A stretch of 64,000 bases of DNA from Azolla caroliniana (lineage: Eukaryota; Plantae; Polypodiophyta): the NCBI GenBank assembly GCA_043228905.1, contig JBHGNT010000008.1, positions 20,212,001 to 20,276,000 on the forward strand, given 5' to 3'. This document shows positions 10,934-24,960 of the stretch, in pieces. The notes under the pieces are model-generated. The model was given only the letters and a program-made list of their open reading frames with translations. It ran no database searches and was not told the origin of the DNA. Every line of letters starts with the position of its first letter. Positions within the stretch are counted from its first letter, which is position 1. The position numbers and the translations under genes are program-made.

Positions 10934-13900
10934 CCAATGCGAACAACCATAAGGTGGAAGTGGCAAAGAGTAGCACGAGAAAGTCAATGCCAAACTACAA
11001 AATTCCTCCACACTCGTTTGAGAGACTTGGGCATTAACCGATGTAAGACCCAAGAGAAGGACGATGGCAGCGAGGAAGCAAGGGTTAAAGCCAATGTATG
11101 CAACAAGGAAGTAAAGCAAAGCAAAATGATGAAAGTCCATGTGTGCGACAAAGAGGTCAAGCAAAGCACGAATACAAAAGCTAATGTGTGCGACAAAGAG
11201 ACCAAGAAAACCTTAAAAAGGAAAGATATGGGCCAAGTGGACCAAGCGGATATGAAAGATGTGATCACAAAACCTAATAAGGATAATACTAGTGTAGAAG
11301 TCATGGTCCACTCCAACACAAGAGTATATCACGGAAGTGGACAAAATGGGAAGCATACAATGTGGTCACTTAAGGACCTACAAGAGAGCATGTCGTTAAA
11401 GAATGGACCACTAAGAGTACTCAACAATAGTACTTCGATAAGGCCTTTGAAAGGCATGCATGAAACAAGAAAGGATGATAAAAGAAAGTTAAATGACCAA
11501 GGAGATGGTCGAGATGAAGGTGACACATGCATAAGGAGTAAGGCATTATGCTCAAGAGGAGCAAAGAGAGCCATGACAACCGGTCATGGAAATGCAAAGA
11601 GTGAACGGAGAATATGGTGGATCAGATGGCAATGGCGATTCGGGTACATCAATAAAAAAGTAAGTAATCAAAAGTGGAGCCTCACCAAAATTGGCACATA
11701 CCGGTGTATGTGTAGGTTTGGTGGGGGTGAATCTCGTGTGAATCTTCTCACACTATGTCAAAAAATAATTAATAATTAAATAAGTACTTTATCTTAGCTT
11801 AATGGCATGTTATAGAAGATGGATGTTTGAGAAGATAGGGAAAATATAACTATTATTTATCCCACATAGATAGGCAACTTAGGACCCCTCATTTTCATTT
11901 GTGCTAAGAGCACTTTGGCCACTTTGTCTTGATGGATGATGGTGGCCAAGTTCCCAAAAACCGGAAATCGGTCGGTAAGCAAAATCGGAAACCGACCGGT
12001 AACCAAAACTAGAATTGGTCGGTAAGCAAAACCGGAACCAGCCGGTAAGCAAAACTGGAACTGGTTGGTAAGCAAACCTGGAAACTGGCCGGTAAGAAAA
12101 CCGGAAACCGGTCAGTAAGCAAAACCGGAAATCAGCCGGTAAGCAAATCGGAACCGGCGAAATCGGCAATTGGATGGTGTCGGAAATCGGGTGGAACTGA
12201 CAACCGGCCGGACAGATGATAGGATCATGTGGCTAATTAAAGTGAAGTGAAGGGAACTAAAGTAAAGGTCATGTGGACGGTTGCATGCAACTAAAAGAAA
12301 AAGCCATGCAACTAAAAATAGATGCAACTAAACGAAAAAGCTATGCAACTAAAAGTAGAGGCCATGCAACAAAAAGTGGACATGCGATGATCAACGGAGA
12401 ACTCCATATGTATATATATATTTTTCATACACTCATATGCTCTCTCCACATTATCTTAATTTTTTTTTTTTCCTTCTGAGCTCCCTTATCTTATCGAAGC
12501 CAAGAACCCTAAATTTCCTTATGGAAGTCATAAACCCTAATTTCCCCTACGGAAGCCATATAATTTTCCTATCGAATCTGTATCTTAGTTTCTTCTAATC
12601 TATTATTCTAGTAATCTCCATAAGCTAAAACTTTTGTAATCCCAATCTTGGGATTGATTGTAATTTTTCTTTTCTATTTATTAATGAAATTTGTCAATCT
12701 TTCTCATTTTCCATTAATTGTTTAATATAAGCGTACGAATTTGATATCTTCCGGTCGGAGGCCCCGGGGTCTTGCCTCAAAGTTCACGTATCCTCGTCGT
12801 ATTTTTGCGACATCTTTGGTCTTCGATAAGATAAGAGAGCTAAGAAGGAAAAAAAAATCATATCTTACTCATAACCGTAAATTTCCATACAGAAGCTATT
12901 CAACTCATAAAACCATAATCTCTTATCAAAGCCAAAAACCCTAATTTTCTATAGAATTCATATCTTAATTTCCTCAGTATCTATTACTCTAGTAATCTCC
13001 ATTAACTAAACTTTTTGTAATCTCAATCTTGAGATTGATTGTAATCTTTCTTTCTCTTTATTAATGAAAATTGTCAATCTTTCTTATTTCGGCAAATTCT
13101 TAATCTATTTGATATTCTCTGGTTGGAGGCCTCGGGGTCCTGCCTCAAGTTCACGTGTCCTCGTTGTATTTTCGCGACAACGTACCAGAAGCAATCACGT
13201 TATACGTCATGAGTGCGCTTCATCCGGTTGGTGAAGCAGGACCCATGGCTAAGCTCGATCATCGTAGTACTCCAAAAAGAATCGAAAAATCCAGGTATGC
13301 GTGGATTACCGGAAATTGAATGCAGCCATTGTCATCAATGCGTCTCTACTCCCCTTCACAGATGGGGTACTGAATTGAATAACCAGGCACGAGGTGTATA
13401 GCCGCCATGATAGTTTCAGTGGTTATAACCAGATCCGGATACATCCTGATGACCAAGAAAAAGCGACATTTGTTACAAAATGGGGAGTTTTTGTCTTTGT
13501 GGTAATGATGTTTGGACTGAAGACCACACCGGCAATCTTCTAAAGAATTATAGTGGAAATATTTGGAGAATATATTTTGGCATTCCTGCAGGTGTTCCTA
13601 GACGAATTTGTCATGTACAGCCGAAAAATAGAACATTTAGCTTATCTTTGGTTGTGTCTAGAAAAATACTGGACTACCCATTGAGCTTAAATCCAGCAAA
13701 ATGTGTATTCGGGGTCACCAATGGAGCATTGTTGGGCATATCATTAGTAAAGACGGCATTACGTTCGATATTTGGCGGATTTCGCAACCCCACTACAGAC
13801 TACTGTTTCGGTGGATGGAGTAGGAGTATAAAGCGTATCAGGCGTTGAAGGTGATGTTATCACAAGCTCCGGTGGTCCAACAACCTGACTAGTCAAAAGA

Positions 13901-14390
13901 TTTTCATGTATTTGTGGACGCGTCAAATGTGGCCATCGGTAGTGTGTTGATGCAACTTACGTCAGATGTGGCCGGTATACTATGCAAGTCGGAAGCTCTC
14001 CACGGCCGAACGGAATTATTCTAAGACGGAATGGGAAGCCTTGGGAATGATATACAGAGTGACGAAGTACTGGCACTACCTGTTGGGCTGAAAATTTTCA
14101 TTCCATGTCGATCACTTAGCATTGGTATATCTCGTGTCGAAAGCATCACTTATTGGGAAGCTAGCTAGATGGACCCTATTGCTGCAAGAGTTTGAATTCG
14201 ACATCTACCAGTGACCCAGAGTGCAACATGTTGTGGTTGATTACTTGAACCGGCTAGAATCCAGTAATGGCGTTCAGGACGAATTTCCAAATGCGCAGCT
14301 ATTCCAGAAGCAGCAGAAGAATCGGTAGTTGTCGAGGATAAGTGGATGATGGATATGCACTAGTTCTCGAGTACCGGACTACCCCCAGAG

Positions 14391-14901
14391 TGTTGAGAAA
14401 TCGATGTGGAATAGATCACAATAGACAAACAACGCTGAAATACAAATCACATCCGAATAACAGAATAGACAAGAAAAACAAAAGTGCAACGAGATTTACG
14501 TGGAAACCCTAAAGCGGGGAAAACCACGGGTGAACAGAATCTTCACTATACAAAGTGGATATACAACCCCGAGAGGAATACAACACTCTGTCGAGTGTAT
14601 CGGCCGCACAAGGCTCTTCGCATCTGCTGTTACTCACACAACTATGGCGCGACTCACACTTCTCTCTCTCCCTTGCTCCCTTGCACACTATACTACATTC
14701 TAAAGTTTGCCCTAGTTGCGTATATACTTACACAACGTTCTGGCTATTTACATACATAGCCCTCATGGGGCGCACACTTAGACTATTTACAAATATAGTC
14801 TCCCGAGTTGGCTTTTTACACGATTCCGATTTCCAACTCTTCGATTGTTGTCTTTCCGAACAGTCGGATCAACCTGCCATTGTAGGGACATATTCCCAAC
14901 A
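14391..14901 (-). mobile_element. Solo LTR of the copia F family
   Basis: Reverse-complement homology to 40545-41117 and 45169-45742. TSD cagag/cggag. Confidence 0.85.
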
Positions 14902-14969
14902 CGGAGGAGCTGAGCCAAAATGAGAGGAAATGTCTAGCAGTACAAAGAAGGCATTTTTGCCTATTACGT

Positions 14970-15142
14970 TGTCGCGTTGCTACACGCGTGCGTGGAGAAA
15001 GGCGGGACCACGGGGGTCTTGGACTAGGGAGTGACGGAGCGTAGGAAGTCGTACTTCACTAATTCCGGGGCATCCCAGAAGCACACCGGAAGAAACCGAA
15101 GGGAGAGAGAGAAAGAGAGGGAGAGCGCGCTTGACACCGACT

Positions 15143-15178
<36 letters not shown>

Positions 15179-15749
15179 GACCCGACTCACGCCCTTATGT
15201 ACAGGAAACGCAGGAAAGGGGAAGCACCCGACACCAACAGAGACACGAATATACACAGACAGACGCAAATGTATATATATATAAGAGGAAGAATACATTC
15301 CCGGCTTCGAGCCGGACCAAGGTAGGTTATAGTAGTTGTCAGCTGCCAAGCCGTAGGTCGGGGAGCTCACGGGCTTGTCGCGCCGAGCGGGGTCTTGCGC
15401 AAGAGACGAGCTGAAGAAAACCCTAAGCGAACACGAAGGGGGAGAAGAAGAAGAAGAAGAAGAAATGTAACTAACCCTAAATCTAACGGTATAGCCTCTA
15501 ACGCAAAATGGGCAACCCTTTCACAAAGGGCGCTCCCTTCCTTTTATAGAACAAGGAGAGAGATGCGTTACAATGTGGGATAAATCCCGACTTACATGGG
15601 ATCGTCTGTCCCGACTTGACTACTCTTCGGCGCCATAAAGGCGCCCTCATTATTCACACTAAATGTACAAGGGTGAGCACACATGTTGCACCCCGCCGAT
15701 GTAGCCAATGTTTCCCGGTTTCCGCCTCTGGCCGAAATTCTTCACGACA
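14970..15749 (-). mobile_element. Solo LTR of the gypsy B family
   Basis: Near-identical to 5219-5988. TSD ACGT at 14966-14969/15750-15753. Confidence 0.9.
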
Positions 15750-17459
15750 ACGTGCAACATGTTGTGGCCGATTACTTGATCCGGTTAGAATCCTGTAATG
15801 GCGTTCGGGACGAATTTGCAAATGTGCAGCTATTGCAGAAGTAGCAGAAGAATCGGTAGTTGTCGAGGATAAGTGGATGACGGATATGCACTAGTTCTCG
15901 AGTCCCGAACTACCACCGGAGGAGCTAGGCCGGAATGAGAGGAAATGTCTAGCAGTACAAAGAAGGAATTTTTTCCTTTTACAAGACACCCTGTACCACA
16001 AGGGTGTAGACGGACTGTGGAGACGAGGGGTTCGAAGCGATGAAAAGGAAGCAGTTCTTGTGAAGCACACTATGGAGTAGTCGGAGGGCACTACGCCGGA
16101 GACACAATGTCCCGGAAGATATGATAGAGCGGATTGTGGTGGCTGACAATCCTCAAGGACCCGGTACGGTACTACAAAGAGAGTGATTTAGGCCAGCGAA
16201 TGGAGCAACCTACAGAACAGGCGCGAATGCCACATCAGCCGATGCTTCTGTTAGAGCCATCCTAGAAATGGGGATTGGACTTCGTCGAACCATTCAAACC
16301 GTTAGCAATGCACACTAGGAAGCCCTACATTATAGTAACAAAGGATTATTTCACTAAGTGGGTAGAAGCAAATGCGCTCTGGGACAACACCGTGACATCC
16401 AGGACAATGTTTTTGTATGAGTATACCTTCTGTTGGTTCGGGTGTCCGATCGAACTAATGAGCGACCAAGGTGGACACTTTATAAGACAAGTGGTGGAGA
16501 ATTTGTTGACATTTTATGCAGTAGTCCACAAGAAGAGCACGCCGTATTGCCCCTAGGCAAACGGACTAGCAGAGGAAAAAAATAAGACGCTAGAAAACAT
16601 ACTGCGGAAAATTGTAAACGAGAACCAGACGAATTGGGACACGAAACTTCAAAGCGTTGTGTGGGCATACCGAACATCCTATAAAAGAGCATTCAGTCGA
16701 CACCGTTCCGGCTAGCATTCGGCCTCGAAGCAGCCATGCCAATGGAGTTCCAGATTCCCAGCTTGCGGATACAAGTATGTGAACAACTAAGTGAGCGAGA
16801 GTCGGAATGGGTCCGGCTGGAAACACTTTGCGAGTTTGAGGAACACCTGATCCTCCATTTAAAGCTATTGGAATTAGAGCAACATCGACAGAATGAGTTC
16901 ATCGATCGACGCCGGCGAGGCAATGAAACGGAGTTTGGAATCGGCACATCGGTGTTAGTGTTTCAGACACACATGGGGAGCATGCCAAGGAAGCTCCGGT
17001 TTCGCTAGAGATGACCGTACTGGATTACAAAGGAGTTTAGGGAATCGTACCATATAGGAACATTAACTAGGGAGCTATTGGAAAAATGGGTAAATGGGTC
17101 CTAGCTCAAACCATATTATGGACCCATGCTGGCAAACTCATTCAAAGTACCGGAGCAAAACGAAGAACAATAGGCGGCCAGTGAAGCAAGCACCAGAGGT
17201 CAACCGGACATGCCTAACATCTTGAGCGAGAAGGCTACTGAAAAAGAGGATGAAAGCATGCGAGTGGAAACAATTAGCTATATTTTTGACATAGCTAATT
17301 AGCTATGCAAGAAGCTACCATTGATGAATAATCATTTTTGCAAAAAGCTACCATTGAAAATAGTAGAGAGTTTTAATTATATAAATGAGCACCATAAATG
17401 CGCAACATAAACGTGCAACATAAATTGATATGTGCACCATAAATGTGCACCATCAATGT

Positions 17460-17990
17460 TTTGTTGCCACTTTTCGATCTGAGGGAGTTCACTCCTTCTC
17501 CACTGTCGCCATTGTACTCTTAGTTTTTGTCACTATGTGTTCGAAGCATCATCTGCCACTATTCGATCTGACGGAGTTCTCTCCTCCATTGCCATCATTC
17601 TACACTCAATTGCCACTATTGGTCGGTCTTGGATTGCTGCCAATTTTCGATTTGACGGAGTTCACTCATCCATTACCATCATTCTACACTCCGTTGCCAC
17701 TACTATTCGGTCATGTTTTTTTGCCACTTTTCGATCCGAAGGAGTTCACTCATTCTCCACTGCTACCATTCTACTCTTAGTTGTCGTCATTGAGTGCTCC
17801 AAGCATCGTCTGCCACTATTCGATCCGACGGAATTCACTCCTCCATTGCCATCATTCTACACTCAGTTGCCACCATTGTTCGGTCCTGGATTGCCAAAAT
17901 TGTTCGATCAAATGGAGTCCAGTCCTCCACTGCCGCCATTCTACACTCAATTGTCGCCACTATTTGGTTTTGTATTACCGCCATTGTCCA
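17460..17990 (+). repeat. Degenerate tandem repeats (about 60/90-bp units)
   Basis: Repeated ccactattcgatc(t/c)gacggagttcactcctccattgccatcattctacactc. Confidence 0.8.
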
Positions 17991-18989
17991 GACTTGGATT
18001 TCAATAACTATTCTGTCTATTGATTATCTTGTGTATTGTTATGTATTGAAAAGAATGGTGTGCGGAAGCAATATAGAAAAACCGAACAACAGAAAACGCA
18101 GGTTTAATGGAAAGCTTAGGTTTGCACAGTACACACAGGAGAGACAAAGAGAGAGTAAACACAAGAACTTAATTCAAAAAATTATACTCAATCTGTACAT
18201 AGGATGTGCTCAGTGAGCACTTTTATACAAGCCCTGACAATCAGGCTGGCACAAATGCTGACAGTACTTGACTGCTCATAAATGAGCCTCGACTCTTACT
18301 CCCAAAACTATTTCTTACGAGGAATATCTTTCTAACGGTCTTTCGGTTTACGCACCGGTTTGCGCACCAGTTTACGCATCCGTTTTACACACCGGTCTGG
18401 CCTAACCGATCGGTCCCAACAGATCCGGTTCTCGACTTGCTTAGCCGATCCGGCCGATGTTGAGCTTGTCTCTCAACACTCCCCCTCAAGTTCAACTTGA
18501 GGCTCTTCGGTATCTTCCGAATCACCGCTCCGGTTCCTCCTGGCTCCATGCCTCGCTCGCGCTCCTCGGCCTTTTTGACTCCGTGCGCTTCGACCCTTCC
18601 GGTCGGTACGGCCCTTCACAGCTCCCTTGCTATCGCAATGTTGGCGCTTCTCCTGCTTCCTTCTTTTCCGCTTGGCCCTCAGTTGATTCAGTGTATCCGA
18701 ATCAAACACTCGAACCGACTCGACTACCTCCGATTGGTTTTCGCTCTCGTCTGAGTTGGCTATCTCCAACTCGTCTTCAGTCTTCTTGCCCTTGACAACA
18801 TCATCTCCCCCATGCTTGGTTGGCTTTGGCTCTTTCTTCCCGCTGCTCCCCTTATATCCGCTTTCAGACTCTTCTGCGGATCCGCCCTCGGCTTCTTCAG
18901 CCAATCCGAAATCGAATTCGACATCCGACTCAGTGTATGGTCTTTTTTGCTAGTTTCCTACTCCCTTCTGTGGTCATCTGGGACGTCTC

Positions 18990-20740
18990 TCCCCCTCAAG
19001 TTCGGCACATCGAGGTGATGCAACCCCTCGAGAATTGCCGCAACTTATCCACACCAAGACACTTGGTGACGATGTCGGCATTCTGCCGATCCGTCGGAAC
19101 ATACGGAAGTTCGACTTCACCAGAAAGGACACACTCACTGACCAAATGGTAGTGCACCTCAATGTGCTTGGTCCGTGCGTGGAAGATGAGGTTCTTCGCG
19201 AGCTGGATGCTGCTGAGGTTGTCGCAGTAGATCGTCGTTGGATCGGACAACTCCACCTACAGATCCTTAAGTAGCCGCTTCATCCATATGGCTTCGCATG
19301 TCGCGACAGCCGCTCCTCTATACTCGGCTTCGGTGCTCGACAGTGCAACTGTTGGTTGTTTCTTGCTACTCCACGTTATCGCAGCACTCCCAAGAGAGAA
19401 CGCATATCCGGACGTGGATGGCGATTGTCGACGTTGCCATCCTAATCAACATCGGTGTAGCCAACCAATTGCGGGGCTAGACCGGTCCGGAATAGCAGTC
19501 CCCGGTCCTTAGTGCCGCTTACGTACTGCAATACGCGTTGTGCACACTGAAGGTGCTCCTCGGTAGGTCGCGCCATAAACTGATTGATCACCCCGACCGG
19601 ATAATTGAGATTGGGTCGGGTGATTGTCAAGTAAATAAGGCTTCCGACAATTTGTCGGAACCTTGTCGGGTCGCACACCTTTCCGGAATTGGGGCGAAGC
19701 TTGACGGTTCTATCAAGAGGAGTCGAGACGGACTTCCAATTTTCCATCCCGAATTTGAAGAGCATATTCAGCGTGTAATGACGTTGGCTGATCAGTATGC
19801 CTTCGGGGGTGTAGACCACTTCGATCCCAAGGAAGTAGTGAAGGTCCTCCAGATCCTTCATGTCGAATGATGCCACAAGATGGAGCTTCACGCGGTCGAT
19901 TCCATCGAGGTCGGTGCCGGTGATGACCAAGTCATCAACATATAGTAAAATACTAACCGGCCCGAATCGACCTTTGCAAATGAGCAGGTAAGAGTCCGAT
20001 TTTGACATTGCAAAGCCCATCCGACGCAGTTGCTGCGTGATCTTCGCGTTCCAGGCACGCGGGGCTTGCTTCAGTCCGTAAAGGGACTTCTTCAATCGGC
20101 ACACCGCCGAGGTGTTCGTTCTGGAGTGAAATCCGGGGGGCTATACCATGTACACCTGTTCCTCAAGCTCACCTTGCAGGAACGCATTCTTTACATCCAT
20201 CTGATGTAAGTGCCACCCCTTTGCCGCAGCTACCGCGACCAAAACACAGACGGTCGTCATCTTCGCGACCAGCGCAAACGTTTCATCGTAGTCGATACCG
20301 TGTTTCTACGCGTAGCCATTTGCTACTAACCGAGCCTTGTATCGGTTGACCGAGCCGTCCGTGTTGTACTTGACCTTGTACACCCACCTACATCCGATCG
20401 GCTTCAAACCCTTTGGTGCGTCAACCAGGTGCCAGGTCTCGTTTTCCGCCAATGCGTGAATCTCTTCCTTCATCGCAGCACGCCAGTTCGAGTCCTTAAC
20501 CGCTTCTGCGTAGCTCTCCAGCTCACGTACTTCCGCTAAATGGGTCATGTACGCATAATGATGCGCCATGTACTCGTTGTATCCAAACCACACAACTGGG
20601 TTCTTTTCGCGGGTAGATCGGCGTAATCGGTCTTTAGCCGATGTCGAGGTCTTCTCGGCCGACGCGGACTTTGATCTTGAAGACCTGTCACCGCTTTCCT
20701 CGGAGTCAGACTCGCATCGGTCAGACTCATTGATATCCGT
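18990..20740 (-). pseudogene. Copia E reverse transcriptase and RNase H (disrupted)
   Basis: [42 protein letters not shown]. Confidence 0.9.
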
Positions 20741-21469
20741 TGTCGCGTTACTACGCGCGTGCGTGGAGAAACAAGGCGGAACCACCGGGGTCTTGAACCG
20801 AAGAGGAGGTGATAGGAGGGGAAAGAGAAAGAGAGAGACGACCGGTTACGTATGAGCAAAGAAACACAGGGACACGACCCATCAACGCAGAAAACACGAA
20901 TGGGCACAGAGACAGAGAGACACGAATGTTTGTATATTAACAAATGACACAAAACAACAGAGCACGCGAGCGGTTACAACCGAGCAGGCTGGCGAACAGA
21001 TGCCGATGCCTGTTCGTCTGCGCACGAAAGGGGATAGGATGGAGGTGCTGCCGGAAGCACATAGGCGTTCCTCGAAGCAGCGCGAGCCTCCCGAAATCCT
21101 GCAGAGAAGAGCGACGGAGAACGAATAGAGGAGAAGCGTTCGGTTACAGTCCGACAGCACTTCGTCCTCCTCAATGTGCGATCCCTTTTTCCCTGCACCT
21201 CCCTCTCTTTTATAGCTCCAAGAAGGGAGCCGTTTCCCTCATTAACTTCCTACCTACCGAATCTAACCACCTAGGATATACCTTTGTACCTAATCCTTTA
21301 CTATATACATTAGAGGGCGCGCACGTGTGAAGAGCCGGTTCGCGCGCGCTATACACCGATTGCGCTAAGGGACGGTTTTCTTCACGACATCTGCCCCCAC
21401 CTAACCGCGCATCCACCGGTATGCACCAAAATTGGGTTCTGGTTTGGAGAAAACCGGTCCGGGTTCCGG

Positions 21470-24400
21470 TTACTCGTTCATCGGTTCGTCCTCCATTTCG
21501 GACTGTTCGTCGTCGCTGTCCAGGCCTCTTACATTCGATTCGCCGTCGTGGCGCTTCTTGAATGCCTTGATCCGCTTCCCTCCTACCGGTACCGCCATCC
21601 TCGTACCGTCGAGTTCCGCCAGGTGATACGTCCCATTGTCATTGGCGCTCGTTACCACGTAAGGCCCGAACCACCGCTTTGCAAACTTCCGTGTTGCCCG
21701 GTGCTGGTTGTCGAGGCTGCTGTCGTAGACTAGCACCCAGTCGCCTTCCTCGATTTTCTTTGGTCTGAGCCGGTGCGCCCGGTCGAACCGGGCTTTGTTC
21801 CTCATCCTCGCCATCCGAAGTCTCTCCGCCGCTCGTTTCACGTTCTCTGGCCTCCGCTCGAGCTGGCGTATACGCACCGCTAGCAGTTCTTCCCGGCTCA
21901 TCTCGTCTCTCCAGTCCACGGTCGCCCAAGAGGAGATCGTCCGTTCCATCGTCATGATCGGCTTCTGTCTGAACATGAGCTCTGACGGCATGAACCCGGT
22001 TACCGAACTGTGCATTGTCCGGTCCGCCCACAAGGCATAAGGTAATAGTCGTGGCCAGTTCCCAACCTGGCCTCCGCATGCCCGGACTAGCGCTTTGACG
22101 ATCGGTCCGTGTCCGCGCTCCACCTTCCCGTTCGCCTCCGGATTGTACGCTGTGGTGAGCGAGAGCTTGACCCCTAATCGGTCGAACAACTCCTCGGCCT
22201 CTTCGGCGTCCAACTCCCCGCGGTCAACCACGATCTTCCCGACGCACCCGTACCGGCATATCACGTCCTTGATCAGGAACCGACACACGGCCGCGGTCGT
22301 TTTGTTCTGCAGGGCTCGGCCTTCCACCTGGTTCGTAAGGTCCTCCCGGGCAAGCACCAGATATCACATCTGCCCTACGCCCATCGGCATCGTCACCAAA
22401 TCTACCATCCATTTGAAGTGGATGGCCGGAGGGTATGTAGGGTGAAGCTCGTCCCGATGTCGGACTAGGGAGTGCATCTGACAGCTCTCACAAGTTGTCA
22501 CAAACCGGTGCACGTCCCGGTACAGTCCCGGCCACCAGTACTTCCCCTTTAGCTTCTCGAACGTGGCCCACGTCCCACGGTGTCCAGCCCAGGGGCTGTC
22601 GTGGTAGGCCTTCAACAACTCCTCCTGTTCCTCCTCCATCGCCACTACTCGGAGCGGGATGTCGTTTCTCTTCTTCGGGTGCTTCCACAAGTATCCGTCC
22701 CGGAGAAAGAATCGGTACGCTTTCTTCCGGATCCGGTTGGCCTCGTCCTTTGTCCATGACGCGTCCGGCGTCATCGTCCTCAAGAATCCCCCAATCTGCA
22801 GCCACTCCCCGTCGTACTTGCTCTCATTGAAATCGTTAAGCGCCGGAGTGCTCCCCCCTTCGGTTGTCACGTAAGCCGCCTCGAAGAAGTCCACGCCGAC
22901 TTCCTCGTCCTCCGAAAACATGCCGCCCTCGTCGTCGAACCGCGCCCTCGAAAGCATGTCCGCCATGGCATTGTCTTTCCCGGAAATGTGTCGTATTTCC
23001 GGATCCAGGGACTTGATGTACGCTATCCACCTGAGCATTGCCAGGTCCGGGGTTGCGTATCCGGAAACCATGCCAAGAATCGGCAGGCAATCCGTCTCGA
23101 TAATCACCTCTGTCCCGATCAAATAGTCTTTATCGGCCTTCACCGCCGAAACGATACCCCAGAGTTCGCATTTAACCTGGGTGTATCCTCGTTGTCGCTC
23201 GTTGAGGACCTTCGCGCCGAACCGGATTGGGAATCGAATGCCGTCCCCATCTTCTTGGTTGACGACCCATCCGATCCCGGTCGGACTCGTATCTACCGTC
23301 ATGTAGATGGGAGTACCTTTCTCGTAGACAGCCTTCCGGAGTGCCGGAGCTGCAGCAAGAGCCTCCTTCATCTTTCGGCCCGACTCCGTATGCTCGTCCT
23401 GCCACTTGAATTTTCGTCCCTTTTTCAGCAACCCCTATAGCGGCTCGGCAACGTGGGCGTAATGCGGGATCCATATGTGGTAGAAAGCGCATGCTCCCAA
23501 GAACCTCCGTACCTCCGTGACCGAGTTACAGTCAGGCTTCATTGTGGAGATGGCTTCTACCTTAGCCGGAGACGGTTTCCGGCCATACGGTCCGCATAGA
23601 TGTCCGACGACCATGATCTCCGATTGCCCGAAGGCCGATTTCTCCCCGGAGAAGGTGAGCCTCGCGTCCTCTAGCCTCTGCAGCACCCTCTCGCAGTCGT
23701 CAATGTGTGTCGCCATGAATCTCCGGCATCCGTCCGGTCCGATCGTTTCGTCCTTTTCATCCACCGGACATCCCTTGATCGGGATGTCGTCCAAGAATGG
23801 CATGGTGATGTCCGGGATACAATCCCTCAGCACGTTGTTCATCTCATTCACTATGTGATCCACTGAGTTCGTCCCTCCTTGTGGCAGGGTACACATCCGC
23901 ACTAGGCCGAGAGGAGTCCGCATTGTCGTAATGTCTCTGCTCTCTACGGCTAGTTGGAACTGATCGTACCCCGAGTACAGATCACCAACCGAGTAGATCG
24001 ACCTTCCGGCGAAGGCCTCCGCGAACTCGTCTATCGTTGGTCCGATTCCTGCGTTCCGAATGGTCACTTTGTTGACCGGTGGCAGGTCTTGAATGAAGCG
24101 CAACGTCCCGTTCTTCTTCGGTACGGTAAACCAACGGTTTGAGTACGGGGCACTCGACAGTTCGAGGATGCCCATATCGACTTTCTGTCTCAATAGCTCC
24201 ATCAGCTCCGGGATGTGAGCTCTCGGTACCGGAATTGGTTTGAGATTCCACGGCACATGTGGTACCGTGAATATAACCATCGACTTCACGACTGTCGGGT
24301 CTAGGCACCCGATCTCTTCCGGTGAGAATGCGAAGGCTTTCCTGTGCCTTCCGAGCATTCTCCGAAACCGGTCTTCTTCCGCCGGTAGTAGGAAACCGCC

Positions 24401-24730
24401 CCCACCGATTTTTAGCTCCCGTAGCGTTCTGTCGGTGAAGGTGTGTCCTATGCAGGCCGGATCTCGTAAACTGGGGTCCGACGCGACCCCCTTGATTCGC
24501 AACTCGCTGCCCTCCGGTAAGGGTGCCGCGACTGGCCTTACCTTCCGGTCCACAGTCTTGTACTTCGTGTTAACCTGGGCCGTCCGATCCGACTCGAGCC
24601 CCCGATTGAAGTCCGCGATGACTTCGTACATCTCTTCTGAACAAACCGGTATCGTCCGGTCCTCTTTAAGGCCTTCTCCGACCACCTCTCGCAGTATTCC
24701 CAAGGTATCGTCAAAGGAGACCGCCTCCAC
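21470..24730 (-). pseudogene. pol: Element D pol: RT, RNase H, integrase (two in-frame stops)
   Basis: DLYSGYDQF, LPQG, FLDD, VDTSPTGIG, HHCC zinc finger, DRGE..PEANGKVERGH, WFGPY. Confidence 0.92.
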
Positions 24731-24960
24731 GGCTCCGTTGATTTCCTTGCTGGGACCGAGAACTCCGCACGCCCGAAGTCACTCTTCCGTCCTTGTCTTT
24801 TCTCGGCCAACGACGCCCACTATCGTACACCCTCCGTTGTCGGAGAAACAAAACTTCCTACTTATGGTACAAGGTTTCTTCGGTTTTGCCTCTATCGTAC
24901 ATTTGTGGGGTTTTCCCGGAGTGTCCGAACTGTCGCGGCCCCACGCCTTGATAGCCCTCT

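Larger units (their letters stand above)
4277..13179 (+). mobile_element. Non-autonomous gypsy-type LTR element A (5' LTR 4277-5218 plus 9504-9738; 3' LTR 11732-12812; extra partial LTR to 13179)
   Basis: Near-identical LTRs, PBS tggtgaacccgatgtg at about 9744, PPT ggtgggggtgaa, TSD ACGT (4273-4276/13180-13183). Gag remnant at 9760-10100, no pol. Confidence 0.85.
3475..17250 (+). pseudogene. Old Ty3/gypsy host element (gag remnant 3494-4276; RT, RNase H and integrase remnants 13184-17150), interrupted by younger insertions
   Basis: Degraded FSGYNQIRI, LNPAKCVFG, DFVEPF..DYFTKWVEA, MSDQGGHF and WAYRTSYK motifs. The host appears continuous across the ACGT TSD at 4273-4276/13180-13183. Confidence 0.75.
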
